Both the position numbers and the translations under genes were made by a program. A stretch of 64,000 nucleotides of DNA from Arcobacteraceae bacterium (lineage in GTDB: Bacteria > Campylobacterota > Campylobacteria > Campylobacterales > Arcobacteraceae). The notes under the pieces were generated by a model that saw nothing but the letters and a program-made list of their open reading frames with translations, searched no databases and had not been told where the DNA came from. Position 1 is the stretch's first letter, and each line of letters starts with the position of its first letter. Below, piece by piece: positions 10,294 through 20,766 of this stretch. The stretch is taken from contig CBDCZH010000010.1 in NCBI GenBank assembly GCA_965224485.1, positions 192,001 to 256,000 of the forward strand. The letters run 5' to 3'.

Positions 10294-11100
10294 TTAAAAG
10301 AAAAATGGAATGTTAAGTTCATCAAAAGTGCTTTTGGCTTCTTCTAAATGTTTATTTGCTAATTTATCAAATGTTCCGTCTTTTTTAGACTTACTAATAA
10401 ATTCATCAATTTTATTTTTTAATTCTTCATCACCTTGTCTTAAAGCAATTCCCCAATATTCAAAATCTTTTTGAAATGAAGCTAAAAGTGCCTTTGTTGT
10501 TTTTTTATGTTTTGCATAGTTTTTATAAATAGTTAATTGATCATATATAAAACCATCTGCTTTTCCTTGCACAACTTCAAGAACACAAGTACTCTCTTTA
10601 TCAAATACTAATACATTTACATCTTGTAAATGATTTTTTGCATATAAATGTCCTGTTGAACCTTTTTTAACTGCTATTGTATTACCTGCTTTAAAATCAA
10701 CTATTGAAGAAATATTTGAATTTTTGTTAGCTAGAATTGCTAAAGAAGATTGTGCATAAGGAACAGAAAATGCAATAGTTTTTTTTCGCTCTTCATTTAT
10801 AGTCATAGATGAAATAATAATATCTATCTTTTTTGTTTTTAAAGAAGGAATTAATCCATCCCAAGCAATATTTTCAATTATTACTTCTTTATTTAAAGCT
10901 TTTCCTAATGCATAAGCTAAATCTACTGATACTCCGCTTGGTTTTCCATTTTTATCACTCATTTCAAAAGGAGGGTAAGCTAATTCCATTCCAACTCTTA
11001 GAATATTTGTATTTTCATCTTTAGAATTACAAGCTTGAAATACAAGAACAACTAAAACCACTATAAAACCTAATAAACCTTTTTTGATACTCATTCTCAC
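10294..11100 (-). CDS. Polar amino-acid ABC transporter substrate-binding lipoprotein (family 3)
   Basis: Lipobox-like FQAC; LRVGMELAYPPFE, WDGLIPSL and MTINEER motifs. Confidence 0.92.
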   Translation of the reverse strand: MRMSIKKGLLGFIVVLVVLVFQACNSKDENTNILRVGMELAYPPFEMSDKNGKPSGVSVDLAYALGKALNKEVIIENIAWDGLIPSLKTKKIDIIISSMTINEERKKTIAFSVPYAQSSLAILANKNSNISSIVDFKAGNTIAVKKGSTGHLYAKNHLQDVNVLVFDKESTCVLEVVQGKADGFIYDQLTIYKNYAKHKKTTKALLASFQKDFEYWGIALRQGDEELKNKIDEFISKSKKDGTFDKLANKHLEEAKSTFDELNIPFFF

Positions 11101-11211
11101 TCCTATATTTTATTTTTTATATTATGTCATTGTCTTTCTGTAAAGCCTATTAAACAGCAAAAAAGCAAGAAAAATGTTACAAATTGTAAATTTTTCATAG
11201 TAAATTTTCTA

Positions 11212-11245
11212 ATTAAGACAATTTTTATCCTATTTCAATTATAAT
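11212..11245 (+). promoter_or_regulatory. nifS promoter with IscR/Rrf2-like box overlapping the -35 region
   Basis: ATTAAGACAATTTTTATCCTATTT (11212-11235) is 20/24 identical to the sufB box; TATAAT at 11240-11245. Confidence 0.62.
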
Positions 11246-11252
11246 TCCCTAA

Positions 11253-12515
<1,263 letters not shown>

Positions 12516-12531
12516 GAAAGAAGGAATAAAA

Positions 12532-13512
12532 ATGGCTAAAGGCGATTTAATATCTGGCTCAATTTGGGATGAATACTCAAATCAAGTTATAAGAAGAATG
12601 GATAATCCATCTCATCAAGGTGAGATAACAGAAGAGATGGCAGAAAAAATTGGTGGAAAACTAATAGTTGCAGATTTTGGTGCTGAATCATGTGGAGATG
12701 CGGTAAGACTTTACTGGGTTGTTAATGAAGAAAATGACATAATTGAAGACTCTAAATTCAAATCTTTTGGTTGTGGTACTGCGATTGCATCATCTGATGT
12801 TATGGCTGAATTATGTATTGGTAAAAGTGTTCAAGAAGCTGTAAAGATTACAAATATTGATGTAGAACATGCTTTAAGAGATCATCCAGATATTCCAGCA
12901 GTTCCACCTCAAAAAATGCATTGTTCTGTTATGGCATATGATGTTATTAAAAAAGCAGCTGGTACATATATGGAAGTTGATATGGAATCTTTTGAAACAG
13001 AACAAATTGTTTGTGAATGTGCAAGAGTATCTTTAGGAACAATTCAAGAAGTTATTAGATTAAATGATTTAACTACTGTTGAACAAATCACAGATTATAC
13101 TAAAGCAGGTGCTTTTTGTAAATCATGTATTCGCCCAGGTGGGCATGAGGAAAAAGATATCTATTTAGTTGATATCTTAGCTGATACAAGAAGTGAAATG
13201 GAAGCAGAAAAGTTAAAAGAAGCTGCTGATGCAAATGAAAATGGAATGGCTACATTTGATAAAATGACAATTGTTCAAAGAATCAAAGCTGTTGATGCCA
13301 TTTTAGATGTAGATATTAGACCTATGCTTGTTATGGATGGTGGTAATATGGAAATTATTGATATTAAAGATAATGTTCCTCATTATGATATTTATATTAG
13401 ATACTTAGGTGCTTGTAATGGTTGTGATTCTGGTAGTACTGGAACTTTATATGCAATAGAATCAGTTCTAAAGCAAAAAGTTGATGAGAATATTAGAATT
13501 TTACCTATTTAA
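12532..13512 (+). CDS. nifU: Fe-S scaffold NifU (IscU + BFD-like [2Fe-2S] + Nfu domains)
   Basis: ESCGD/FGCG/KMHC N-terminal domain, CECARV...CKSC central domain, C-terminal CNGC. Confidence 0.95.
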   Translation: MAKGDLISGSIWDEYSNQVIRRMDNPSHQGEITEEMAEKIGGKLIVADFGAESCGDAVRLYWVVNEENDIIEDSKFKSFGCGTAIASSDVMAELCIGKSVQEAVKITNIDVEHALRDHPDIPAVPPQKMHCSVMAYDVIKKAAGTYMEVDMESFETEQIVCECARVSLGTIQEVIRLNDLTTVEQITDYTKAGAFCKSCIRPGGHEEKDIYLVDILADTRSEMEAEKLKEAADANENGMATFDKMTIVQRIKAVDAILDVDIRPMLVMDGGNMEIIDIKDNVPHYDIYIRYLGACNGCDSGSTGTLYAIESVLKQKVDENIRILPI

Positions 13513-13530
13513 TAAATATAAATAAATATA

Positions 13531-13567
13531 AAAAAAGGGTGAATTATCAAATTCTCCCTTTTTTTTT
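13531..13567 (+). terminator. Intrinsic terminator of nifSU
   Basis: AAAAAAGGGTGAATT-ATCA-AATTCTCCCTTTTTTTTT hairpin with a long U tract. Confidence 0.75.
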
Positions 13568-13607
13568 GATAAATATCAATTCAAAATCTTTGTTTTTTTT
13601 ATATAAT
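13566..13607 (+). promoter_or_regulatory. Crp/Fnr-family box and class II promoter of the hemerythrin operon
   Basis: TTGAT-AAAT-ATCAA at 13566-13579 (perfect FNR consensus) and TATAAT at 13602-13607, which places the box centre near -41.5. Confidence 0.75.
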
Positions 13608-13633
13608 GAGAAAAATAAAATTAAGGATTTATA

Positions 13634-14071
13634 ATGAGTGAAACTATTTCAACATATTTAACACAAGATCACAGAGCCTGTGATGAAGAATTTGCAAATA
13701 TGGAAAATGCAGTGGCAGCTGATGATTGGAATGAAGGTTCTAAACTATTTGAGAAATTCTCTTGTGATTTAGAGCATCACTTTTTAATGGAAGAAAAAGT
13801 TATGTTTCCTGCTTTTGAGGAAAAAACTGGAATGACACAAGGTCCAACAGCAATGATGAGAATGGAACATGAGCAAATGAGAGTAGTTCTCTCTCAAATG
13901 AGAAGTGATGTTGAAACAAAAGATAAGAACCATTTTTTTGGCTTATCTGAATCACTAATGATGTTAATGCAACAACATAATATGAAAGAAGAACAAATGT
14001 TGTATGCAATGGCAGATGCGCACTTAGGCGAAGATGTAGCTTCTATAGTGCAAAGCATGAAAGGTTTATAA
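13634..14071 (+). CDS. Hemerythrin/HHE cation-binding domain protein
   Basis: DHRACD, HHFLMEEKVMFP, MRMEHEQMR and QHNMKEEQMLY di-iron ligand pattern. Confidence 0.9.
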   Translation: MSETISTYLTQDHRACDEEFANMENAVAADDWNEGSKLFEKFSCDLEHHFLMEEKVMFPAFEEKTGMTQGPTAMMRMEHEQMRVVLSQMRSDVETKDKNHFFGLSESLMMLMQQHNMKEEQMLYAMADAHLGEDVASIVQSMKGL

Positions 14072-14079
14072 TTTAAATA

Positions 14080-15360
14080 ATGTTTAATCAAGGTTTATCT
14101 CTAAATCAGGCACCACCAATATCGGTGCCCTTTAGATTTTTTTTAACAGCTCCTTTATTTGGAATTTTAATAGGAATTATGTTTTTTCTTTATCCTATTG
14201 ATATTGTTTCAAATAGGTTTTCTCCTGTAACTATTGGAATAGTTCATTTATTTACTTTAGGAATGTTAGCAATGATTGTTTTTGGAGCTATGCAGCAAAT
14301 GATGCCAGTTCTTTCAGGTGCATTAGTACCAAAACCTAGAGTTTTTGCTTTTATAGTTCATACAGGTCTTACTTTAGGAACACTATTCTTTTCCGGCTCT
14401 TTTATATTTGACCTTCCTTATTTATTAGAAGCTGGTGTTTCTTTATTGGCTTTATCATTTTTAGTATTTTTTCTTTTTACTATAAAACTTTTGTATAAAG
14501 TAAAATTTTTAACTTCAACAGTAAATACAATGAAACTATTTTCAATAATGGGATTTTTAACAGCTATTTTTGGTCTTATTATTGCTTTTAATCATATTGG
14601 TTCAAATATTCCAGAAAATCACTACTTTTTTGTAAATACTCATATTGTTTTAGGTGTTTTTGGTTTTGCAGTTTTACTTATAATGGGTATATCTTTTCAA
14701 GTTATTCCTATGTTCTATGTGGCCAAAGATTTTCCTAAATTTGTACAAAATAAAATCCCTTTATTTATAGCTGCTCTTATTGCTTCATTTTCTTTATTTT
14801 TCTTTTTTGAACTTGATGTTTATATTTTAAAATTAGTTTTAGCAATATTTTTAATGATATTTTCTTTTTATGCTTTAAACTCTTTAAATAATAGAAGAAG
14901 GCCTGTTTTTGATGTTACTTTGTGGTATTGGAAGCTATCTTTGTATTTTTTTATTTTTACAATGCTAAATTGGCTTTTTGTTCCACAAGATTCACCTTTT
15001 TTAATATCAATTATGTTTGCTTTTGGTTTTTTATACTCATTGCTTCAAGGTATGGTATATAAAATAATTCCTTTCTTAGCTTGGTTTCATTTAAGCTCAA
15101 AGGGATATTTCATTATTCCTACTATGAGAGAAATGATAAATGAAGACATGATTAAAATTCATTTTTACTTGCATTGCACAGCATTATTATTTTTTATAAT
15201 AACACCTTTTTTATCTAATTTATTTTTAATAATAGGAGCTACTTTTTTTATAGCTTCAAATAGTCTATTTTTTCTTAATTGTTTAATTGCAATTAAAAAA
15301 TATACTAAAATAGTAAAAACAGATCCTTTATCTTCAATGCCAGTTAAAAGTACAAAGTAG
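14080..15360 (+). CDS. Conserved multi-pass membrane protein with intramembrane histidines (possibly NnrS/heme-copper-related)
   Basis: About 12 transmembrane helices; HLFTLG, HTGL, HIVLG, YKIIPFLAWFH; repeated QxxP motifs. Family assignment is inference. Confidence 0.6.
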   Translation: MFNQGLSLNQAPPISVPFRFFLTAPLFGILIGIMFFLYPIDIVSNRFSPVTIGIVHLFTLGMLAMIVFGAMQQMMPVLSGALVPKPRVFAFIVHTGLTLGTLFFSGSFIFDLPYLLEAGVSLLALSFLVFFLFTIKLLYKVKFLTSTVNTMKLFSIMGFLTAIFGLIIAFNHIGSNIPENHYFFVNTHIVLGVFGFAVLLIMGISFQVIPMFYVAKDFPKFVQNKIPLFIAALIASFSLFFFFELDVYILKLVLAIFLMIFSFYALNSLNNRRRPVFDVTLWYWKLSLYFFIFTMLNWLFVPQDSPFLISIMFAFGFLYSLLQGMVYKIIPFLAWFHLSSKGYFIIPTMREMINEDMIKIHFYLHCTALLFFIITPFLSNLFLIIGATFFIASNSLFFLNCLIAIKKYTKIVKTDPLSSMPVKSTK

Positions 15361-15395
15361 TTTGTGATATAATGCCTTAAAAAACAAGGTCAATA

Positions 15396-16775
15396 ATGTC
15401 AGATGAACAGATACTAAAAAATACTAATGCTGCTATTTTAGATGAATTTAATGCTTCAATTATGTTTGATAAAGAGTTATATGATCAAGATATAAGAGGA
15501 TCAATTGCTCATAGTAAAATGCTTTTAAAACAAGGAATCTTAAAAAAAGATGATCAAAAAGATATAGAAGCTGGTTTATTACAAATAAAAGCAGAAATAG
15601 AAGCAAATACATTTGTTTTTGATATTTCTAGTGAAGATATTCATATGGCTATTGAATCAAGACTTACACAAATTATTGGTGAAGCTGGAAAAAGACTTCA
15701 TACAGCTAGAAGTAGAAATGATCAAGTTGCTAGTGATTTTAGATTATATGTAAAAGAAAAAAATATATCTATTATGAAACAAGTAAAAGATTTAGTTTCT
15801 ACTTTTGTTACTTTAGCTTCTAAACACACAGATACTTTAATTCCAGGTATGACTCACTTACAACATGCTCAGCCTATTAACTTTGGATATCATATGTTAG
15901 CTTATGCAAATATGTTTAAAAGAGATTTTGAACGTTTCGAAAGCTCATATAAACGTAATGATGTTTCTGCCTTAGGATCAGCTGCCCTAGCTGGTACTCC
16001 TCATAATATAGATAGGTTTGAGACTTCTGAGCTTTTAGGTTTTTCTCATCCTACTTCTTGTGCTTTAGATACAGTTTCAGATAGAGACTTTGCTTTAGAA
16101 ATTTTGTTTAATATTTCAACTGCAGTTATGCACATATCAAGAATTTCAGAAGAGTTAGTTTTATGGTCATCTTATGAATTTTCTTTTATTAAAATGTCAG
16201 ATGAGTATTCTACAACATCATCAATTATGCCTCAAAAGAAAAATCCTGATGTTCCTGAGTTATTAAGAGGAAAAACAGGACGCGTTTATGGAAATTTGAT
16301 TTCCTTATTAACAGTTATGAAAGGACTTCCTTTAGCTTATAATAAAGATACCCAAGAAGATAAAGAGGGTGTTTTTGATTCTGTTAAAACTATTGAAATC
16401 TCATTGAGTATTTTAAATGAAGTTATAAAAACAATGAGCATAAATAAGAATAAAATGCAAGACGCTTGTAAAGTTGGACATTTAAGTGCAACTGATTTAG
16501 CTGATTATTTAGTAATGAAAGAAGATATAGCTTTTAGAACTGCTTATTATATAACAAAAGCAGTTGTAAATAAAGCAAATGAACTTAATAAAGATATGAG
16601 TGAATTAAATATAAATGAAATTAGAAGTGCTCATAGTGATATTAAAAATATAAATGAAGAAATTGTTGAGTTTTTAGATTTAAAACATTCTATGAATACT
16701 AGAAATTCTTATGGTGGAACATCTACAAAACAAACAAAAATACAAATTGAAGAGTTCAAAAAGTGGTTAAAGTAG
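15396..16775 (+). CDS. argH: Argininosuccinate lyase
   Basis: [20 protein letters not shown] and [11 protein letters not shown] motifs; extended -10 TGaTATAAT at 15365-15373. Confidence 0.97.
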   Translation: MSDEQILKNTNAAILDEFNASIMFDKELYDQDIRGSIAHSKMLLKQGILKKDDQKDIEAGLLQIKAEIEANTFVFDISSEDIHMAIESRLTQIIGEAGKRLHTARSRNDQVASDFRLYVKEKNISIMKQVKDLVSTFVTLASKHTDTLIPGMTHLQHAQPINFGYHMLAYANMFKRDFERFESSYKRNDVSALGSAALAGTPHNIDRFETSELLGFSHPTSCALDTVSDRDFALEILFNISTAVMHISRISEELVLWSSYEFSFIKMSDEYSTTSSIMPQKKNPDVPELLRGKTGRVYGNLISLLTVMKGLPLAYNKDTQEDKEGVFDSVKTIEISLSILNEVIKTMSINKNKMQDACKVGHLSATDLADYLVMKEDIAFRTAYYITKAVVNKANELNKDMSELNINEIRSAHSDIKNINEEIVEFLDLKHSMNTRNSYGGTSTKQTKIQIEEFKKWLK

Positions 16776-16798
16776 AGAATATTATTTAAAGCTTTGAG

Positions 16799-16827
16799 AA
16801 CTTAGATGAGTTTATCTCATCTAAGTT
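16799..16827. terminator. Bidirectional terminator between argH and cheV
   Basis: Perfect 12-bp inverted repeat AACTTAGATGAG-TTTAT-CTCATCTAAGTT. Confidence 0.75.
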
Positions 16828-16831
16828 TGTT

Positions 16832-17734
16832 TTACATTTTTATAAGTCTAGATACTTCTGCAAATAAAGTCTCTACATCAGTTTTACCAACAAATGAATC
16901 AACTCCAATACGTCTCATTTTATCTTTAACAGCTTCTGTTGTCATAGATGAGTTTACAATAACTGGAATATGTGAATGTTTGTCTTTTATATATTGAGAA
17001 ACTTGAAAACCATCAACTTCAGGCATTTCAATATCTGTAATAATTAAACCAATATCTTCATCATTGATTTCTTTAATTCTATCAATTAGCTCTTTTCCAT
17101 TTTTATAAATTTCATAAGATAAACCAGCTTTTTCGAAAAATTTAATTAACATTTCTCTTGCTACATTTGAATCTTCAGCGGCAAGAACTAGTTTTTTAGT
17201 TCTAATTTTGTTTTTAACATATCTAGTTAATGATTCATCTTCATTAGCACCCCAACCGATATCTTTTAAGAGTTGTTCTGCATTAAAAACTGTACATAAC
17301 TCATCATTGTTATTTACGTTTACATATGTTGTATATGTGATTTTTGAACTTGAATCTTCAGATGGTCTTAATTCTTCTGTAGTTTTTTCAACAATATTAA
17401 TCATATCTTTTATTAAAAAACCAACTTTTTTATTGGAGAACTCACAGTAGATTATTAATTTATACTCTTGTGTTGCTAATGGAGTTGATCCTAACCAAGT
17501 ATCTAAATTAATTAATGTAACAGGTTCCCCTCTAATTGTAGCAATTCCTGCAATAACCGGAGATTCCGAAGGAGTTTGATTGATTGTAACTTCTTCTGTA
17601 ATAATAAATGCTTTTACTTTTGCTATATTAATTGCATAAATATTATTGTGTCCTGTAAAAAATACTGCTAATTGTTGGACATTTCGTAAATGCCCTTGTG
17701 TCATTTGTTCAACGCTAGTTCCAATATCACTCAT
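16832..17734 (-). CDS. cheV: Chemotaxis protein CheV (CheW + receiver domain)
   Basis: YAINIAKV...GIATIRGEPV CheW domain; receiver domain with AEDS and ITDIEMPEVDG. Confidence 0.92.
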   Translation of the reverse strand: MSDIGTSVEQMTQGHLRNVQQLAVFFTGHNNIYAINIAKVKAFIITEEVTINQTPSESPVIAGIATIRGEPVTLINLDTWLGSTPLATQEYKLIIYCEFSNKKVGFLIKDMINIVEKTTEELRPSEDSSSKITYTTYVNVNNNDELCTVFNAEQLLKDIGWGANEDESLTRYVKNKIRTKKLVLAAEDSNVAREMLIKFFEKAGLSYEIYKNGKELIDRIKEINDEDIGLIITDIEMPEVDGFQVSQYIKDKHSHIPVIVNSSMTTEAVKDKMRRIGVDSFVGKTDVETLFAEVSRLIKM

Positions 17735-17818
17735 TTGAATCCTTTTACTATATTGTATAGATTATATATCTTTTTATCTTACAAAAGACTTTTACACATT
17801 ATTATTTTTATTTATTAA

Positions 17819-18493
17819 TTATTTTTTATCTTCTTTTTTAGCTATTTTTTGTTTATTTAAAATCTTTTGAATAACTAAAGATGACAACATTAAACCAAAA
17901 GAAGCCGTAACAGCCATAAAACTACCTTTTTCTTTACAGTTTGGTGCTTCTGATGAAAATACTACTTTAAATTTCTTTTTAAATCCAATCTTTTTTAATT
18001 CGTATTTAATTTTTCTAATAAAAGGGTCATTAAATGTATCCCAAATAGAAATATACTCTATTTTTGAAGGATCAATTCTTTTAGCAGATCCAGAAGTTGT
18101 AAGTACTTTTTTGTAATGTCTACTTATTAAATGAACTTTTGGTTTTATATCATCAATTGCATCAATAATATAATCAAATGAAGAAAAATCAAAATCATCA
18201 ATCCACTCATTTGTTATTTTTGCATTTATTGCTTTTATTTCAGGATAAATTTCATTTAAAGCTTCTACTTTAATTCTTCCTAAGTTTCCTTCACTTCCTA
18301 ATTGTCTATTTAAATTTGTTATTTCATAAGTATCAAAGTCAACTATAGTAATATTTGTAAAACCAGTTCTATAAAGTGAGTCTAAAGTAAAACTTCCAAC
18401 TCCCCCAATACCTAGAATTATAATTTTTGTTTTAGTGAATATCTCAAAACTCTCTTCACCAAATAATTTTATTGTTCTATCATATCTTGACAT
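17819..18493 (-). CDS. tcdA: tRNA threonylcarbamoyladenosine dehydratase (ThiF family)
   Basis: GIGGVGS, DFD...TNLNRQ, IDAID, GSAKRIDP and VVFSSE motifs. Confidence 0.85.
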   Translation of the reverse strand: MSRYDRTIKLFGEESFEIFTKTKIIILGIGGVGSFTLDSLYRTGFTNITIVDFDTYEITNLNRQLGSEGNLGRIKVEALNEIYPEIKAINAKITNEWIDDFDFSSFDYIIDAIDDIKPKVHLISRHYKKVLTTSGSAKRIDPSKIEYISIWDTFNDPFIRKIKYELKKIGFKKKFKVVFSSEAPNCKEKGSFMAVTASFGLMLSSLVIQKILNKQKIAKKEDKK

Positions 18494-18561
18494 TTTTACT
18501 CTTTTATCTATTTTTAGCTATTATATCAAATTAAAATACAAAATATATTAGGGGAGTTAGC

Positions 18562-19047
18562 ATGGATAAAGAACCAATGACAAATGCGGGTTATAATAAA
18601 ATTACAGGAGCCTTAGATTTTTTAAAAAGTAGTGAGCGACCTGAGACTGTAATTGCTTTAGATGAAGCAAGACAGCTTGGAGATTTAAAAGAAAATGCTG
18701 AATACCATGCAGCAAAAGATAAATTAAAATTAATTGATATTCAAATTGCTGAATTAGGCTCAATTATTTCAAAAGCTATTATTATAGATCCAACAACTTT
18801 ACCACATGATAGAGTTTCTTTTGGCTCAACTTTAGAGCTACTTGATGTTAATACTGAAGAAGAATTTAAGTATACGATAGTTGGAAGTGTTGAAGCTGAT
18901 GTAAATAAGGGTTTAATATCTTTTAATTCTCCTTTATCAAAACAACTTTTAGGAAAACAAGAAGGTGATGAAGTAAATGCAAAATTACCAATGGGAACCA
19001 GAACTTTTGAAGTTTTAAGTGTATGTTATAATGAGATTATTTTATAA
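18562..19047 (+). CDS. greA: Transcription elongation factor GreA
   Basis: ARQLGDLKENAEYHAAK and ISFNSPL motifs. Confidence 0.97.
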   Translation: MDKEPMTNAGYNKITGALDFLKSSERPETVIALDEARQLGDLKENAEYHAAKDKLKLIDIQIAELGSIISKAIIIDPTTLPHDRVSFGSTLELLDVNTEEEFKYTIVGSVEADVNKGLISFNSPLSKQLLGKQEGDEVNAKLPMGTRTFEVLSVCYNEIIL

Positions 19048-20063
19048 TGATTAATGTAGCAATTATTGGAGCTAGTGGATATACAGGTTTAGAGCTTATT
19101 AAAATACTTATTAATCACGAAAAATTTAATATTTGTTATATAGCAGATTCTGCAGGGGGTAAAAAAGTTGAAGATTTACATCCTAGTTTAAAAAATGTAT
19201 TTTCTCATGCAGTTGAAAAAGCAGATGCTTTTGAAGTATCTCAATGTTCCACTTTAGCTTTTTTAGCACTTCCACATAAGGCTTCTATGGGTTTTGCAAG
19301 TGAACTTTTAAGTTTGGGTGTAAAAGTTGTTGATTTATCTGCTGATTATAGATTAGAACTTGATACATATGAAGAATATTATTGTGCCCATAGTGATAAA
19401 AAAAATCTATCTAAGGCTGTATATGGTTTACCTGAGTTTTTTAGAGAAGAAATCAAAAAAACTAATTTAGTAGCTAATCCAGGTTGTTATCCAACAGCTT
19501 CTTTGTTGGCACTTTTACCTTTTATTGATTATATTGATGAAAATGCACCTATATTTATAGATGCAAAATCAGGAGTTTCTGGAGCTGGAAAAAAATTAAA
19601 TGAGCTTACAAGTTTTTGTAATATGAATGATAATATGTTTGCTTATAATGCTTTAGAGCATAGACATATGCCTGAAATTAATGAAAAAATTAAGATTTTA
19701 AAAAATAAAGAATTATCAATAAATTTTGTACCTCATTTAATAAATGTAACAAGAGGAATGTTAGTATCTGTTTATGCAACACTAAAAGATGATGCACTTG
19801 ATTTAAATGTAAATAAGATTCTAAAAGATAGTTATAAAAATGAAAAATTTATAAGAGTTAAAAATAAACCTGTTGATATAAAATCAGTAGCAGGAACTAA
19901 CTTTTGTGATATTTTTGCAGCAAAAAACAAAAATGCTATTTTTATCAATACTTCAATTGACAACTTATTAAGAGGAGCTTCTTCTCAAGCTGTTTGTAAT
20001 GCAAATATTATGTGTGGTTTTGAAGAAGATTTAGGAATCCCTGATATTGCTTATGTGCCTTAA
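19047..20063 (+). CDS. argC: N-acetyl-gamma-glutamyl-phosphate reductase
   Basis: GASGYTG, DLSADYRL, ANPGCYPT, SGVSGAG and DNLLRGA motifs. Confidence 0.97.
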   Translation: MINVAIIGASGYTGLELIKILINHEKFNICYIADSAGGKKVEDLHPSLKNVFSHAVEKADAFEVSQCSTLAFLALPHKASMGFASELLSLGVKVVDLSADYRLELDTYEEYYCAHSDKKNLSKAVYGLPEFFREEIKKTNLVANPGCYPTASLLALLPFIDYIDENAPIFIDAKSGVSGAGKKLNELTSFCNMNDNMFAYNALEHRHMPEINEKIKILKNKELSINFVPHLINVTRGMLVSVYATLKDDALDLNVNKILKDSYKNEKFIRVKNKPVDIKSVAGTNFCDIFAAKNKNAIFINTSIDNLLRGASSQAVCNANIMCGFEEDLGIPDIAYVP

Positions 20064-20766
20064 GCTAAAAGAAAATGCAATTTTTGTTGCAGATGCTCAC
20101 TATAATGAAAAAAGAGGTGAGTTTTTAATATTTTTAAAAAAAGTACAAAACTCATCTATACAAATCACCCAGCTTTTTTTAATGGGTGATATGTTTGATT
20201 TCTTATCTTCACAAAATTCTTATTTTATAAAAAAAAATCAAGAACTAATTGATTTGATAAATGAACTCTCATATAAGCATGAAGTCTTTTACTTAGAAGG
20301 AAATCATGACTATAATTTAGTAAAACTTTTTCCAAAAGTAAAAGTTTATACAAGAGCTTCTCAACCTGTATTAGCACAATACAATAATAAAACTATAGCT
20401 ATCTCACATGGTGATATTTTTGTAGATGATATGTTTTATGAAATGTTTTGTAAAGTTATTAGAAACAAGATTTTTTTAAAATTTTTAAATATTATAGATA
20501 TAAATAATATGCTTTCAAAAAAAGTATATTACTCATTGCTTGAAAAGGATATCTGTCATAAAATTGATAATTTTAAAGAAATTACACAAAAACGCCTTAA
20601 GTATTATTCTAGTGATATTATAATAGAAGGACATTTTCATCAAGGAAATGAGTATATCTTTAAAGATAAAAGGTATAAAAATATTCCTTCTTTAACATGT
20701 TCAAAACAATATACAAAATTAAAAGATAATGTTTTTATTGAAATAGATTTAAAAAAGGATTTATAA
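20053..20766 (+). CDS. lpxH: UDP-2,3-diacylglucosamine diphosphatase (metallophosphoesterase)
   Basis: ADAH, GDMFD, EGNHD, HGD and GHFH calcineurin-like motifs. Confidence 0.82.
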   Translation: MCLKLKENAIFVADAHYNEKRGEFLIFLKKVQNSSIQITQLFLMGDMFDFLSSQNSYFIKKNQELIDLINELSYKHEVFYLEGNHDYNLVKLFPKVKVYTRASQPVLAQYNNKTIAISHGDIFVDDMFYEMFCKVIRNKIFLKFLNIIDINNMLSKKVYYSLLEKDICHKIDNFKEITQKRLKYYSSDIIIEGHFHQGNEYIFKDKRYKNIPSLTCSKQYTKLKDNVFIEIDLKKDL

